DNA of 64,000 nt from an uncultured cyanobacterium (GTDB lineage: Bacteria; Cyanobacteriota; Cyanobacteriia; Cyanobacteriales; CAWCAG01), in the NCBI GenBank assembly GCA_963803805.1, contig CAWDOD010000007.1:32001-96000 (forward strand), in the 5' to 3' direction. Below, piece after piece: positions 1 to 10,562 of the stretch. Numbering within the stretch: position 1 is the first letter of the stretch; the number at the start of each line of letters is the position of its first letter. Under the pieces are notes generated by a model. The model was given only the letters and a program-made list of their open reading frames with translations, was not told the DNA's origin and did no database searches. Made by a program: the position numbers and the translations under genes.

Positions 1-459
1 AGGGGAAATACCTTCAACCCCATCTTCCGGGAAAGCTTCTTCTACATCTTCATCCGTTGAGGCGATCGCTTCAAATTCAGATAAATCTTCTGGATAGTCT
101 TGCTCTTGCTCTCCCATAAATTCCTGTGAGGGAATTTCTTCTGTAGCAGATGTAGCAGTTTCTAGCTCGAAAATGTGAAAAGCATAGGGCTGTTTTTGTC
201 CTAGCACCCTCATATAGATAAGTACTCGACTACTACCTAAACAGTTCTGTTCTCGGACAGTTTGTTCTAAAACACTAAAAGTACGCTTTTGATAGGGCAT
301 CACTGATTCGGGATGCTCTACCAAAACAATTAAAGTTCCATCCTTAAGCAGACAGCGTACCTGGAGAGGGGCAAGCTGTAAGGGTTCTGAATGTAGACGC
401 TTCTGTAATAGAGCTTCTAAATCTTCTAATTTAATTGGCTTGAGCGCTGTTTCTACCAT
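1..459 (-). CDS. Hypothetical protein, N-terminal part (runs off the window start)
   Basis: ATG at 459 on the minus strand opens a stop-free frame to position 1 (MVETALKPIKLEDLEALLQKRL...QVRCLLKDGTLIVLVEHP..., then acidic). It is not in the ORF track because it is truncated. Confidence 0.7.
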   Translation of the reverse strand, partial: MVETALKPIKLEDLEALLQKRLHSEPLQLAPLQVRCLLKDGTLIVLVEHPESVMPYQKRTFSVLEQTVREQNCLGSSRVLIYMRVLGQKQPYAFHIFELETATSATEEIPSQEFMGEQEQDYPEDLSEFEAIASTDEDVEEAFPEDGVEGISP

Positions 460-1058
460 AACAACAGCAAGTATAAAGTGTATAGAGTTAGTATATTGAT
501 CCTTGTTTAGGAAGTATAGTTGTTAATTGGGCTTTGCGAACAGGTCATTAGGATGAAGTTTGCTTAACTTGCTTAGAAAAACCAGGAAATTGTCAATTTA
601 AAGCCAGAAATCAATTTTTCCGAGTATAATTTATTTGTTTGCTCTGTGTATCTCTACTTTAAACCTTACGAGTTGAAACTAAAAAAGCTAATATATTCAG
701 GGGAATATCCGGGATTTCTTGGGGTGCGTTGATAAATTAATTGACAATATTCGTAACTTAATTGAGGCAATGAACCTAAAAACCAGGTTAAAAAACCGTG
801 ATTGCTTAATCTTACTACCCCAAAAAGTACTTTTGTTATAAGCCTCAGCCATAAGTTGCGTGGCAATATGTTGCAGCTTAAGAACCTTTTTACTTCAATC
901 ACTGAAAGCCTTGTATAGCAAGCATTTTCACTATCTCCGATCAGGTTTAATGTATTACACCCAATCTTTTATCCTTTAACCTTTCCCAAAATTAAACCAT
1001 AACCGTTTAAACGGATTTGATACAGATTCCTTGTTTGTAAGCGAAAGAGAACCTTGAA

Positions 1059-3782
1059 GTGCTGATATCTCAAAAAAAGCTGCAAAAATTACCACCCTTA
1101 CCTCTGCGAGTTTTACTGGTATTACCTTTTTTAGTTCAAATTTGTGCCATTGTTGGTTTGACAGGATGGCTTTCTTTTCGCAATGGACAAAATGCGGTTA
1201 GTGATCTGGCAACGGAACTGCAAAAAGAAGTTCAATCTCAAGTAGAACATTATCTTGATGATTACTTAGCCCTACCTATACAAATTAATCACATTAATTT
1301 AGAAGCAGCTAAATTAGACTTGCTTAACTTAGAAGACTTTTCCCGTACCGGGCAGTACTTTTGGCAGCAAATGCAGGTGTTTGATGTCGGCTACATTAGT
1401 TATGCCACCCTGAAAGGAGAGTTTATTGGTATTGAACGGTTAGATAATGGGGAAGTTTTGATTAATGAAGTACCTTTATCTACCCAGGGGAAACTCTACG
1501 CTTACAAAACAGATGCAGAAGGGAATCGTACTCAACAAGTTAAAGTTACAACTGGTTATGATCCTCGCCTTGAAGCTTGGTATGCCGATGCTGTAGAAGC
1601 AGGCAAGCCTGTTTGGAGTGAGATTTATCAGTGGGAATATAAACCGGAGGTTTTATCTATTTCTTCTAGCTATCCTGTTTATGATGAGAGGCAAAATCTT
1701 CAAGGAGTTATTGGCGTTGATTTAATTCTTTCTCAGATCAATGATTTTCTCAGTAATCTAGAGTTAGATCGTTCCGGGCAGACCTTTATTTTAGAACGCA
1801 ATGGTTTATTGGTAGCTAGTTCAGCTACCGAAAAGTCTTTTGATTTGGTGGATGGTAAAGTAACCAGAAAGAAGGCTATTGATAGTCAAGATCTTATTGT
1901 TAATTCTACTGTTCAATATTTACAAAAACATTTTGGTCAATTAGCCGCCATTAAAAAGCCAGCCAACTTAGTATTGTATGTTGATGAGCAACAACAATTT
2001 CTGCAAGTTCTTCCTTATCAAGATTCCTTTGGTTTAGATTGGTTGGTGATTACAGTAATACCTGAATCAGATTTTGCAGATCAGGTGAATACTAATACCC
2101 GTACCACCATTTTGCTCTGTTTAGGAGCTTTAATTGTCGCTATTGTGATCAGCATTTTAACCTCTCGCTTGATCAGTAAACCGATCCGACAATTGAGCGG
2201 TGCTAGCAAAGCTATAGCTAATGGTAAATTGGATCAAAAAGTTGAGGTGGGTAGAGTTGATGAATTAGGTGTTTTAGCCGGTTCATTTAATAAAATGGCC
2301 CAGCAACTACACGATTCTTTCGCTGATTTAGCCAAAAATAATGAAGATTTAGAAAAAAAGGTACAGTTAAGAACTACAGCATTAGAAAAATCTGAAGCTC
2401 TACAAAAACAATTAAACCAACAACTAGAAAAAAGAGTCCAGCAACGCACCTCAGAACTGGAAAAAGCCAAAAAGAGAATGCAATTTATGGCTTTGCATGA
2501 TCCTTTAACTAATTTACCTAACCGGACTCTATTTTTAGAAAAGCTAGCAGATTGTATTTATAGCCAAAAAGAGTCAAATTATTTATTCGCTGTACTATTT
2601 TTAGACTGCGATCGCTTCAAAGTTATTAACGACTCTCTAGGACATTCAGCAGGGGATCAGTTATTAATTATCCTCACAAGTCGTTTAATTTCTTGTTTGC
2701 GCCCTGGAGATATTATCGCTCGTTTAGGGGGAGATGAGTTTGCTATCCTCTTAAATAAATTAGAAGGTATTGAAGAAGCGATCGCCGTTGCCCAAGCAAT
2801 TCAAGAAACCACCAACCAACCTTGTCAACTTAACCACTACCAGGTATTTATGAACTTCAGCATCGGTATTTGTCCTGGTTGGGAATATGAACAACCAGAA
2901 CATTTATTGAGGGATGCTGATACAGCTATGTATGCTGCCAAAGCTTCTGGTAAAGGTGCTTTTAAGGTATTTGACAATGAGATGCACGCTAAGGCAGTAG
3001 ATTTATTAAACTTAGAAACTGACTTACGGCAGGCGATAGAAAGGGAAGAGTTTTTAGTTTACTATCAACCAATTATTTGTCTTGACACAGGTAAGATACA
3101 AGCTTTTGAAGCCCTAGTACGCTGGCAGCATCCCCAACGGGGTTTCGTTTCTCCAGAACAGTTTATTCCCCTAGCAGAAGAAACTGGTTTGATTATTCCT
3201 TTAGGTATGTTGGTATTGAGGGAAGCCTGTCAGCAACTCCGGCAATGGCAAAAACTATTTTCACAAGAACACCCCCTTACCATGAGTGTAAATCTTTCGG
3301 TTAAACAGTTTTCTCAACCAGATTTATTAGGACAAATTGATCAAGTCCTTAAAGAAACTGATTTAGATAGTCGTAGTTTGAAGCTAGAAATTACCGAAAG
3401 CGCGATTATGGGCAACCCAGAAGATGCCCTGGCTATCCTTAATCAAATTAAAGAACGTCAAATCCAGTTAAGTATTGATGATTTTGGTACAGGTTATTCT
3501 TCTTTTAGTTACTTACACCGCCTACCTTTCGACACCTTAAAAATTGATCGTTCTTTTGTCAGCCAACTAGATGAAGTGAAAAAACATCGAGAAATTGTTG
3601 AGGCAATTGCAACTTTAGCCCAAAAGTTAAAAATGCAAGTCATTGCTGAAGGAATAGAAACAGAACAACAATTAGCACATTTAAGAAGTTTAGGTTGCGA
3701 TTTTGGTCAAGGTTGGTTTTTTTCTAAGCCTTTATCCCAAGAATCGGCTGAGAAGATGTTGTTGAATTCTCCTAAGTGGTAA
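1059..3782 (+). CDS. Membrane sensor diguanylate cyclase/phosphodiesterase (dCache-HAMP-GGDEF-EAL)
   Basis: Two TM segments flank a Cache-like region (YDPRLEAWY), followed by HAMP (DELGVLAGSFNKM), intact GGDEF, and FEALVRW plus DDFGTGYSS EAL motifs. Confidence 0.93.
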   Translation: MLISQKKLQKLPPLPLRVLLVLPFLVQICAIVGLTGWLSFRNGQNAVSDLATELQKEVQSQVEHYLDDYLALPIQINHINLEAAKLDLLNLEDFSRTGQYFWQQMQVFDVGYISYATLKGEFIGIERLDNGEVLINEVPLSTQGKLYAYKTDAEGNRTQQVKVTTGYDPRLEAWYADAVEAGKPVWSEIYQWEYKPEVLSISSSYPVYDERQNLQGVIGVDLILSQINDFLSNLELDRSGQTFILERNGLLVASSATEKSFDLVDGKVTRKKAIDSQDLIVNSTVQYLQKHFGQLAAIKKPANLVLYVDEQQQFLQVLPYQDSFGLDWLVITVIPESDFADQVNTNTRTTILLCLGALIVAIVISILTSRLISKPIRQLSGASKAIANGKLDQKVEVGRVDELGVLAGSFNKMAQQLHDSFADLAKNNEDLEKKVQLRTTALEKSEALQKQLNQQLEKRVQQRTSELEKAKKRMQFMALHDPLTNLPNRTLFLEKLADCIYSQKESNYLFAVLFLDCDRFKVINDSLGHSAGDQLLIILTSRLISCLRPGDIIARLGGDEFAILLNKLEGIEEAIAVAQAIQETTNQPCQLNHYQVFMNFSIGICPGWEYEQPEHLLRDADTAMYAAKASGKGAFKVFDNEMHAKAVDLLNLETDLRQAIEREEFLVYYQPIICLDTGKIQAFEALVRWQHPQRGFVSPEQFIPLAEETGLIIPLGMLVLREACQQLRQWQKLFSQEHPLTMSVNLSVKQFSQPDLLGQIDQVLKETDLDSRSLKLEITESAIMGNPEDALAILNQIKERQIQLSIDDFGTGYSSFSYLHRLPFDTLKIDRSFVSQLDEVKKHREIVEAIATLAQKLKMQVIAEGIETEQQLAHLRSLGCDFGQGWFFSKPLSQESAEKMLLNSPKW

Positions 3783-3802
3783 TGTGTATTAAATATTTCA
3801 AA

Positions 3803-3852
3803 TAGCAACTAGCTTATCGCTTTTAGATAAGTCTTTTCTTGGTTCTCTCTTA
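3803..3852 (+). repeat. 50-bp dispersed terminator-like repeat, copy 1
   Basis: 46/50 identical to 12798-12847; hairpin CTTATC-N7-GATAAG followed by a T-rich tract. Confidence 0.7.
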
Positions 3853-3919
3853 GAAGATGTTAGTCTAAATGCCAGTACGGTAAGCTAGGAGAAATTTAGC
3901 ATTGAGAACTAATATTCAT

Positions 3920-4441
3920 ATGTTCAAGCAACTTTTAACTGGCACTGTAACTTTTACTCTTTTGATTACAGTTGGTATACCCAGTTTGGCCCAAAGTCCC
4001 GAAATTGTTGCCCAGAGTCAACTTAAGCAAGTATCTAAAGGAGAAGTTAGTCCTCAAGAAGTGCAGCAGTTTTCTAGCGCTATTGTTAAATTGCAACTAA
4101 TTCAAAGACAATATAGAGGTGCAATAATTGGCGTTATTGAACAAGAAGGTTTTAGCCCAGAACGCTTTGTCGCAATTATACGCTCTGAACAAGAACAAAA
4201 ACCTCTTAATCCGGAATTAACCAACGAAGAAAGACAAAATTTGTCTGAAGCTATAACCCAAATTCAGGAAATACAGCAAAAGACTCAATTGTTGGAAGTA
4301 CAAGTAGTTCAAGAAGAGGGTTTAGGTGTGGAACGCTTTGAAGAACTTATAGAAGCAGTTGAAGAAAGTTCTGAATTGCAAAGTCAAGTCAGACAAGAAG
4401 TTAAGAGGATTATCGAAAGTTTATCTGCGCCAACAGAATAG
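3920..4441 (+). CDS. Secreted DUF4168-like protein
   Basis: Signal peptide ending SLA, then duplicated helical motifs IEQEGFSPERF and VQEEGLGVERF. ATG 3920 is preferred over TTG 3902. Confidence 0.7.
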   Translation: MFKQLLTGTVTFTLLITVGIPSLAQSPEIVAQSQLKQVSKGEVSPQEVQQFSSAIVKLQLIQRQYRGAIIGVIEQEGFSPERFVAIIRSEQEQKPLNPELTNEERQNLSEAITQIQEIQQKTQLLEVQVVQEEGLGVERFEELIEAVEESSELQSQVRQEVKRIIESLSAPTE

Positions 4442-4518
4442 CATCTTTTATATTTTGAGATCCTGCCTTAGTTTCAAGATATAACTAAGGTAGGATTACT
4501 TATTGCTGATTATTTGAA

Positions 4519-6555
4519 ATGTCCAATCGTCTTGCCCAAACCGACAGCCTCTACCTACAAAAACACGCTGATAATCCTATTGATTGGTGGCCTTGGTGTG
4601 ATGAGGCTTTAGAAACTGCTCAACAAGAGAATCGCCCGATCTTCCTTTCTGTAGGTTATTCTAGCTGTCATTGGTGTACTGTTATGGAAGGAGAGGCCTT
4701 TTCAGATGCTGCGATCGCCGCTTATATGAATGCTAATTTTTTACCGATTAAAGTAGATCGTGAAGAAAGGCCGGACTTAGATAGTATTTATATGCAAGCG
4801 TTGCAAATGATGACAAGTCAGGGGGGTTGGCCTCTGAATATTTTTCTAACTCCTGATGAACGCATCCCTTTTTATGGCGGCACTTATTTCCCCGTAGAAC
4901 CCCGTTATGGTCGTCCGGGCTTTTTGGAGGTATTACGCTCTATACGACGCTTTTATGACGTAGAGAAGGAAAAGCTGGCGGGGTTTAAGCAAGAAATCAT
5001 GAAGGGGTTGCAGCAAGGAACTGTTATTGTTCCTAATCCCCCCGGTTCCTTAACCAAAGAACTATTGCAACAGGGTATTGAAAATAATACTCGCGTCATT
5101 AGTGGCCCTAATTATGCCCCTAATTTCCCCATGATGCCCTACACTCAACTGGCTTTGCAAGGAGGTTGGTTAACTTCTCAAGGAGAAGCCGTTACCCCGG
5201 CAGCTTTGAAAAGAGGTAGTGATTTGGCCAAGGGAGGGATTTATGACCATGTGGGAGGAGGTTTTCATCGCTATACCGTAGATGCAACCTGGACAGTACC
5301 TCACTTTGAAAAGATGCTCTATGATAATGGACAGATTGTGGAATTTCTGGCTAATCTTTGGAGTGGGGGAGTACAAGAACCTGCTTTTAAAAGAGCGATT
5401 ACCGGAACGGTGCAATGGCTGAAGCGGGAAATGACTGCCCCGGAAGGCTACTTTTATGCAGCCCAGGATGCTGATAATTTTGTAACCCCAGAAGAAGTGG
5501 AACCGGAGGAGGGGGCTTTTTATGTTTGGAGTCACGAAGAGTTACAGCAATTGCTAACCCCAGAGGAGCTTGCAGCCTTAGAAGCAAGATTTACGATTTC
5601 TGCCCCAGGTAACTTTGAAGGTAAAAATGTTTTGCAGCGTCGGGATGTAGCTGAATTTCCTGAAGAGGTAGAAGAGATTCTCACTAAGTTGTTTGCTGTA
5701 CGATATGGTAAGAAGTTTGCATCAGAGGAAACTTTCACCCCGGCGAGGAATAATCAAGAAGCGAAAAGTAACAATTGGGCTGGTAGAATTCCTCCTGTCA
5801 CTGATACGAAGATGATTGTAGCTTGGAATAGTTTAATGATTTCTGGTTTGGCAAGAGCTTATGGTGTTTTTGGTGAACAGGAATATTTAGATTTAGCAGT
5901 TAGGGCAACTAACTTTATTCTGGAAAATCAGTGGCTGAGGGAACGCTTTCATCGTCTTAATTATGAAGGGAAAGTTGCGGTTTTGGCACAATCAGAAGAT
6001 TATGCTTTGTTTATTAAAGCTTTGTTAGATTTGCAAGCAGTCTCTCCCCAGAATACAACTTGGTTAGACAAAGCGGTAGAAATACAAGAAGAATTTGATC
6101 ACCTGCTTTGGTGTTTGGAAATGGGGGGATACTTCAATACTGCACCGGATGGCAGCAAAGACTTACTGATCAAAGAACGTAGTTATTTAGATAACGCCAC
6201 CCCCGCAGCTAATGGAGTTGCGATCGCTAATTTGATGCGTTTAGCTTTGTTAAAGGAAGATAAAGATTATCAAGATAGGGCAGAACAAGCTTTACAAGCA
6301 TTTGCTAGTGTAATGAGTAAATCACCCACTGCTTGCCCCAGTTTATTTTCCGCTTTAGATTGGTTTTTTCATGGTGCTTTGATTCAAGCCAAAGCAGAAC
6401 AACTTCAAACCTTTATTCCCCAGTACTTACCAACTTGTGCTTATCAAGTGGATGCTAATTTACCAGAAGAGATTTTTGGTTTAGTTTGTCGAGATTTTGT
6501 TTGCCTCAAGCCAGCAAAAAGTTGGCAGGAATTGAAGAAGCAAATTATTAATTAA
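4519..6555 (+). CDS. Thioredoxin-domain DUF255 / YyaL (SSP411) family protein
   Basis: NRLA..SLYLQKHADNP, GYSSCHWC, VDREERPD and VPHFEKMLYDN signatures. Confidence 0.92.
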   Translation: MSNRLAQTDSLYLQKHADNPIDWWPWCDEALETAQQENRPIFLSVGYSSCHWCTVMEGEAFSDAAIAAYMNANFLPIKVDREERPDLDSIYMQALQMMTSQGGWPLNIFLTPDERIPFYGGTYFPVEPRYGRPGFLEVLRSIRRFYDVEKEKLAGFKQEIMKGLQQGTVIVPNPPGSLTKELLQQGIENNTRVISGPNYAPNFPMMPYTQLALQGGWLTSQGEAVTPAALKRGSDLAKGGIYDHVGGGFHRYTVDATWTVPHFEKMLYDNGQIVEFLANLWSGGVQEPAFKRAITGTVQWLKREMTAPEGYFYAAQDADNFVTPEEVEPEEGAFYVWSHEELQQLLTPEELAALEARFTISAPGNFEGKNVLQRRDVAEFPEEVEEILTKLFAVRYGKKFASEETFTPARNNQEAKSNNWAGRIPPVTDTKMIVAWNSLMISGLARAYGVFGEQEYLDLAVRATNFILENQWLRERFHRLNYEGKVAVLAQSEDYALFIKALLDLQAVSPQNTTWLDKAVEIQEEFDHLLWCLEMGGYFNTAPDGSKDLLIKERSYLDNATPAANGVAIANLMRLALLKEDKDYQDRAEQALQAFASVMSKSPTACPSLFSALDWFFHGALIQAKAEQLQTFIPQYLPTCAYQVDANLPEEIFGLVCRDFVCLKPAKSWQELKKQIIN

Positions 6556-6832
6556 GCACCCATTAAACTTGTATATAAAAACATCGAAATATCATTTCCT
6601 AAAAGCAACTACTAAGTAAATAATCTTTCTCTTTCCTGACAAATTAAATGCCAGCACTATTTAGCATTTTCTTAGTGCATATATTCTTTTGAAATCGAAA
6701 AATACTTAAACAAAAATACTAATACTTTCTATTTATATATCTAAGCTTTAATACTGGACTTTACACAGATTTCGTGTATTTTTTGATATATTAAGTTAAC
6801 CTCTAGTAAGTTTCCCTTACCAGAAAATACTA

Positions 6833-8506
6833 ATGCTCTTGGAAAATCGTTACCAAGTCCTCCGTGCTTTGGGTCAAGGGGGTTTTGGTGAAACATTTTT
6901 AGCTGAAGATACTCATTTGCCTTCGGGCCGCCGTTGTGTTATCAAACAGCTAAAACCAGTTAACAATGACCCTAAAATTTATCAGGTGATCAAAGATCGC
7001 TTTCAAAGAGAAGCTGTAATGCTTGAAGAATTGGGAGCTGCAAATCAGCAAATTCCCAGTTTATACGCTTATTTTGAAAGTGATAATCAATTTTATCTCG
7101 TACAAGAATATATTGAAGGCACTACCTTAAGCAACCATCTACAAACTCACGGAACCCTTAGTGAAAGTTCTCTTCGAGAAATTCTCGTCAATCTTTTGCC
7201 TGTTTTAGATTATATCCACAGTAAGCGTATTATTCATCGGGACATCAAACCAGACAACATTATTTTGCGTAATGGGGATAGATTACCAGTTTTAATTGAC
7301 TTTGGTGCAGTCAAAGAAGCAATGGGAACTTTGGTTTCTCCTTCTGGCCATGCAAACAGTTCCATTGTCATTGGTACACCGGGTTTTATGTCCTCAGAAC
7401 AAAATGCAGGCAGGCCAGTATTTTCCAGTGACTTGTATAGTTTAAGCTTAACAGCCATTTACGGCTTGACCGGTAAAACACCCCAAGATTTAGAAAGCGA
7501 TCCTCAAACAGGAGAGGTGATTTGGCGCAAGTATGCACCGACAGTAAGCCCTAGCTTAGCAGGTATTTTAGACAAAGCACTCCAATTTCATCCGCGCGAT
7601 CGCTACAACAGTGCTTCAGAAATGCTAGCAGCACTCCAAGGCAATTCTCAATTTCCCCCTACTATTATTCCTCCTCCCCAGCCCTCTAACAATTTTGCAT
7701 CGACGGAAGTGTCTATGCCTCCCGGTAGCGGAGGATATCCCCAGCAACCACCAACTGTAGTTTCAACATCCCCCCAATACTATCCCTCACCACCAGCAAA
7801 CCAGCCTCATGCTTCGGGTGAGTGGCAAAAGGCAGTGATTACAGGAGGAGTAGTGGGCTTGTTTATTTTGGCAGCCAGTGTGATTGCTGTACCAAGGTTG
7901 ACAGAAGAGCAAGAAACAGCAAGCGAAACTACAGAGTCTCCGGTGGAAACGGTTGTAGAAGAGGAAGAGACACCTAAGCAAAATGAAGAACAAGCTGGTG
8001 TTCCTAGTACTTCACAAGCTAACAAAGTTGTACCACCATCAACACAACAACCTGCACCAACATCAGTTCCTACACAAGCAGTCACATCTTCTGCACCATC
8101 TATTTCTCAACAAGAGGCCGTTAACTTAGTAAATAGCTGGCTGCAAGCAAAGCGGGAACTTTTTTCTCCTCCCTACAACCGACAAGCTGGGGCAGCATTG
8201 CTAACAGGTAAAGCTTATCAAGACAACATCAGAAAAACTGACGGTACTGAAAGCTCTGTAGATTGGCTAGAAAACAATAATTCCTACTATGAATACGGTG
8301 TACAAAATATCGATAACGTCGAAAGATTTGTCGCTAATGGCGACAATGCAACGGTTGAAGTTTTAGTAACAGAAGAACGAACCTTGTATAACAGTCGGGG
8401 AAGCATTGATCCTAATAACACAGCTTTAGATACAAATTTAGTTCGCTATAGTTTGCAGTTTGATGGCAGCAGTTGGAAGATTTCTGATTACAAAGTAATT
8501 AATTAA
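6833..8506 (+). CDS. Ser/Thr protein kinase with TM and C-terminal ARC6/IMS (DUF4101)-like domain
   Basis: GQGGFG, VIK, HRDIKPDN and DFG motifs; Pro-rich linker; TM; C-terminal WLQAK...VRYSLQFDGSSWKISD. Confidence 0.9.
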   Translation: MLLENRYQVLRALGQGGFGETFLAEDTHLPSGRRCVIKQLKPVNNDPKIYQVIKDRFQREAVMLEELGAANQQIPSLYAYFESDNQFYLVQEYIEGTTLSNHLQTHGTLSESSLREILVNLLPVLDYIHSKRIIHRDIKPDNIILRNGDRLPVLIDFGAVKEAMGTLVSPSGHANSSIVIGTPGFMSSEQNAGRPVFSSDLYSLSLTAIYGLTGKTPQDLESDPQTGEVIWRKYAPTVSPSLAGILDKALQFHPRDRYNSASEMLAALQGNSQFPPTIIPPPQPSNNFASTEVSMPPGSGGYPQQPPTVVSTSPQYYPSPPANQPHASGEWQKAVITGGVVGLFILAASVIAVPRLTEEQETASETTESPVETVVEEEETPKQNEEQAGVPSTSQANKVVPPSTQQPAPTSVPTQAVTSSAPSISQQEAVNLVNSWLQAKRELFSPPYNRQAGAALLTGKAYQDNIRKTDGTESSVDWLENNNSYYEYGVQNIDNVERFVANGDNATVEVLVTEERTLYNSRGSIDPNNTALDTNLVRYSLQFDGSSWKISDYKVIN

Positions 8507-8524
8507 CGCAAGGCTTAACTAGAT

Positions 8525-9718
8525 ATGAAATCTGAAAGAAGAAAATCATTCAGGAAAAAGCCAAGCCTATCTAAATTCAAGTTTCTGGCTACTGCTAGCT
8601 TGGTGGCAATTGTAGTTACAGGAATGGGATTGAAATTGCTTGCATTGCATAATTCATCACCAGAAACGGGCATTAATTCTCCTGTATCATCGCCTGAAAA
8701 TACTCCCTCAGAAACTTTCCCTCTTACAGAAAGTTCGACTTCTGCTACTTCATCTCAGATTGTAGTCTCTCCTTTCATTTACCAAGGGAAAGAACTGATT
8801 TACAACGTCACTCAACCCCCTAACTTTGAAAACAGTCAAAGATTAGAGGAAATAGTTCAGGAAATAGTTAATCTGAGTGCAGCTAGAAATTTACCAACAG
8901 ATTCTCTATCAATTACTTTGATTGATATAAATTCTGGAGAATTTGCAGAATTTAATCAGTCTGTACCTCGATATCCTGCTAGCGTTGTTAAATTATTTTG
9001 GCTCACTGCTCTCTATAGTCAACTTGCATCTGGTATTGGGTTAGAAGATCAAGAATTAGAAAAAGAAATTTACCAGATGATGGAAAAATCAGATAATGAA
9101 GCAGCTAGTAAGATAGTTGATCGATTAACTGGTACAGAATCAGGAGAATTTACCAGTGAGCAAGAATTTGTCAGTTGGCACGAAAAACGTTCATGGCTAA
9201 ACCGTTTTTTTGCTCAAGCTGGCTATCAGGATATTTATATTAGTCAGAAAACTTTTCCTATTCCTTATCTCAAATATGATAGTCCAGAAGGATTAGATCA
9301 GCAGATGCGAGGTGATGATTTACAAAATCCAATCCGCAATCAAGTAACTACAGAACAAGTAAGCAGATTAATATATGAAATTGTTCAGGGAAAATCTGTT
9401 TCTCCTCAATACAGCGAAAAAATATTAACTATACTAAAAAAAGATTTACGTCCAGCCGCTTGGGAAAATATAGATACTAATATAGAATTTAACCCTATTA
9501 GAGCTTTTTTTGGAGAGTATTTACCTCCTGAAGAAGTAGAAATTTTCTCTAAGGCTGGATGGACTTCTAGAGGTAGACAGGAAGTAGCTTATGTTAAAAG
9601 TTTTGATGGAAATGTAGCTTATATATTGGCGATTTTTGCTGAAGATTCCGGCTATGCTACTGATTGGAAAGCTTTCCCTGGAATATCGAGGTTAGTTTAT
9701 GACAGGATGTCAAAATAA
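8525..9718 (+). CDS. Class A beta-lactamase-like serine hydrolase / low-molecular-weight PBP
   Basis: SxxK (ASVVK), SDN and KAG motifs; N-terminal membrane anchor. Confidence 0.85.
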   Translation: MKSERRKSFRKKPSLSKFKFLATASLVAIVVTGMGLKLLALHNSSPETGINSPVSSPENTPSETFPLTESSTSATSSQIVVSPFIYQGKELIYNVTQPPNFENSQRLEEIVQEIVNLSAARNLPTDSLSITLIDINSGEFAEFNQSVPRYPASVVKLFWLTALYSQLASGIGLEDQELEKEIYQMMEKSDNEAASKIVDRLTGTESGEFTSEQEFVSWHEKRSWLNRFFAQAGYQDIYISQKTFPIPYLKYDSPEGLDQQMRGDDLQNPIRNQVTTEQVSRLIYEIVQGKSVSPQYSEKILTILKKDLRPAAWENIDTNIEFNPIRAFFGEYLPPEEVEIFSKAGWTSRGRQEVAYVKSFDGNVAYILAIFAEDSGYATDWKAFPGISRLVYDRMSK

Positions 9719-9735
9719 ATGTAGCTTGAGGAATT

Positions 9736-10455
9736 TTAAATCGTCTCTGGATCTATGTCTAATTCCCGTAGCTTAGCTGCGAATCTTTCTGCGCGGGTAG
9801 CTAACTCTTTTAAAGTAGGAACTAACTTCCCTTCCGTAGTGAAAAAACGTAACTGCTCGTTGTGAATCCCTAAATACAAACCTAACTGCTGACTCCACAG
9901 GCGCTCTTGGGTATCAGCTTCTAGAGGCTGATACTCTCCATCTACTAAATGAAAGCCTGCCAATTCTAAGCTGTAGGGGTCAAACCAGAAATAATCTGGG
10001 GTGCGGAAGGTGTTTTCATAAAGTTGTTTTTTGAAGTCTTTATCTATATTCGCGGTACTAGAAGAAAGAATTTCCACAATCACATGGGGATATTGACCAT
10101 TTTCTTCCCACACTACCCAGCTTTTTCTCGTTTTCCTTTCTGCTCCCAAAACCACGAAAAAGTCTGGGCCACGAAAGTCTTCTGATTTCTTCTGGTTAGG
10201 ACTATAGTAAATGGTGAGATTACCAGCACTATAGAAATCGTTTCTATCTTTCCATAACCATTCGAGGCTTTGCAACAAGATAATTATTTGCCGTAGATGC
10301 AGTTCAGTTTCCAAGGGGGGTTCATTACTGTACAAGTCACCAGGAGGAAAGATAACATCTTCTGGCTGTTCCCTCCAAGTTTCCCCAGGTGATGCCGGGA
10401 TTGTATCTGCTTGCAGGCTATTTTGGTTAGAGGCAAGTTCTTTGGCAACAGACAT
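9736..10455 (-). CDS. Uma2 (DUF820) family endonuclease-like protein
   Basis: FRGPDFFVV, SWVVWEE, VIVEILSSST and YFWFDP motifs; LRELDIDP C-terminus. Confidence 0.92.
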   Translation of the reverse strand: MSVAKELASNQNSLQADTIPASPGETWREQPEDVIFPPGDLYSNEPPLETELHLRQIIILLQSLEWLWKDRNDFYSAGNLTIYYSPNQKKSEDFRGPDFFVVLGAERKTRKSWVVWEENGQYPHVIVEILSSSTANIDKDFKKQLYENTFRTPDYFWFDPYSLELAGFHLVDGEYQPLEADTQERLWSQQLGLYLGIHNEQLRFFTTEGKLVPTLKELATRAERFAAKLRELDIDPETI

Positions 10456-10562
10456 AACTGCGGAGAGGAGTTTAAATGGTTATGTTTATTTTAGCGCTAG
10501 GATGGGAGAGAATATACTGTAGTTGGCACAATTAAGCTACTCTTGACAGTACCCGTCAGCCC

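Noticed and set aside
666-902. 78-aa ORF in the first spacer
   Set aside because: GTG start, no motif, lies in an AT-rich divergent promoter region.
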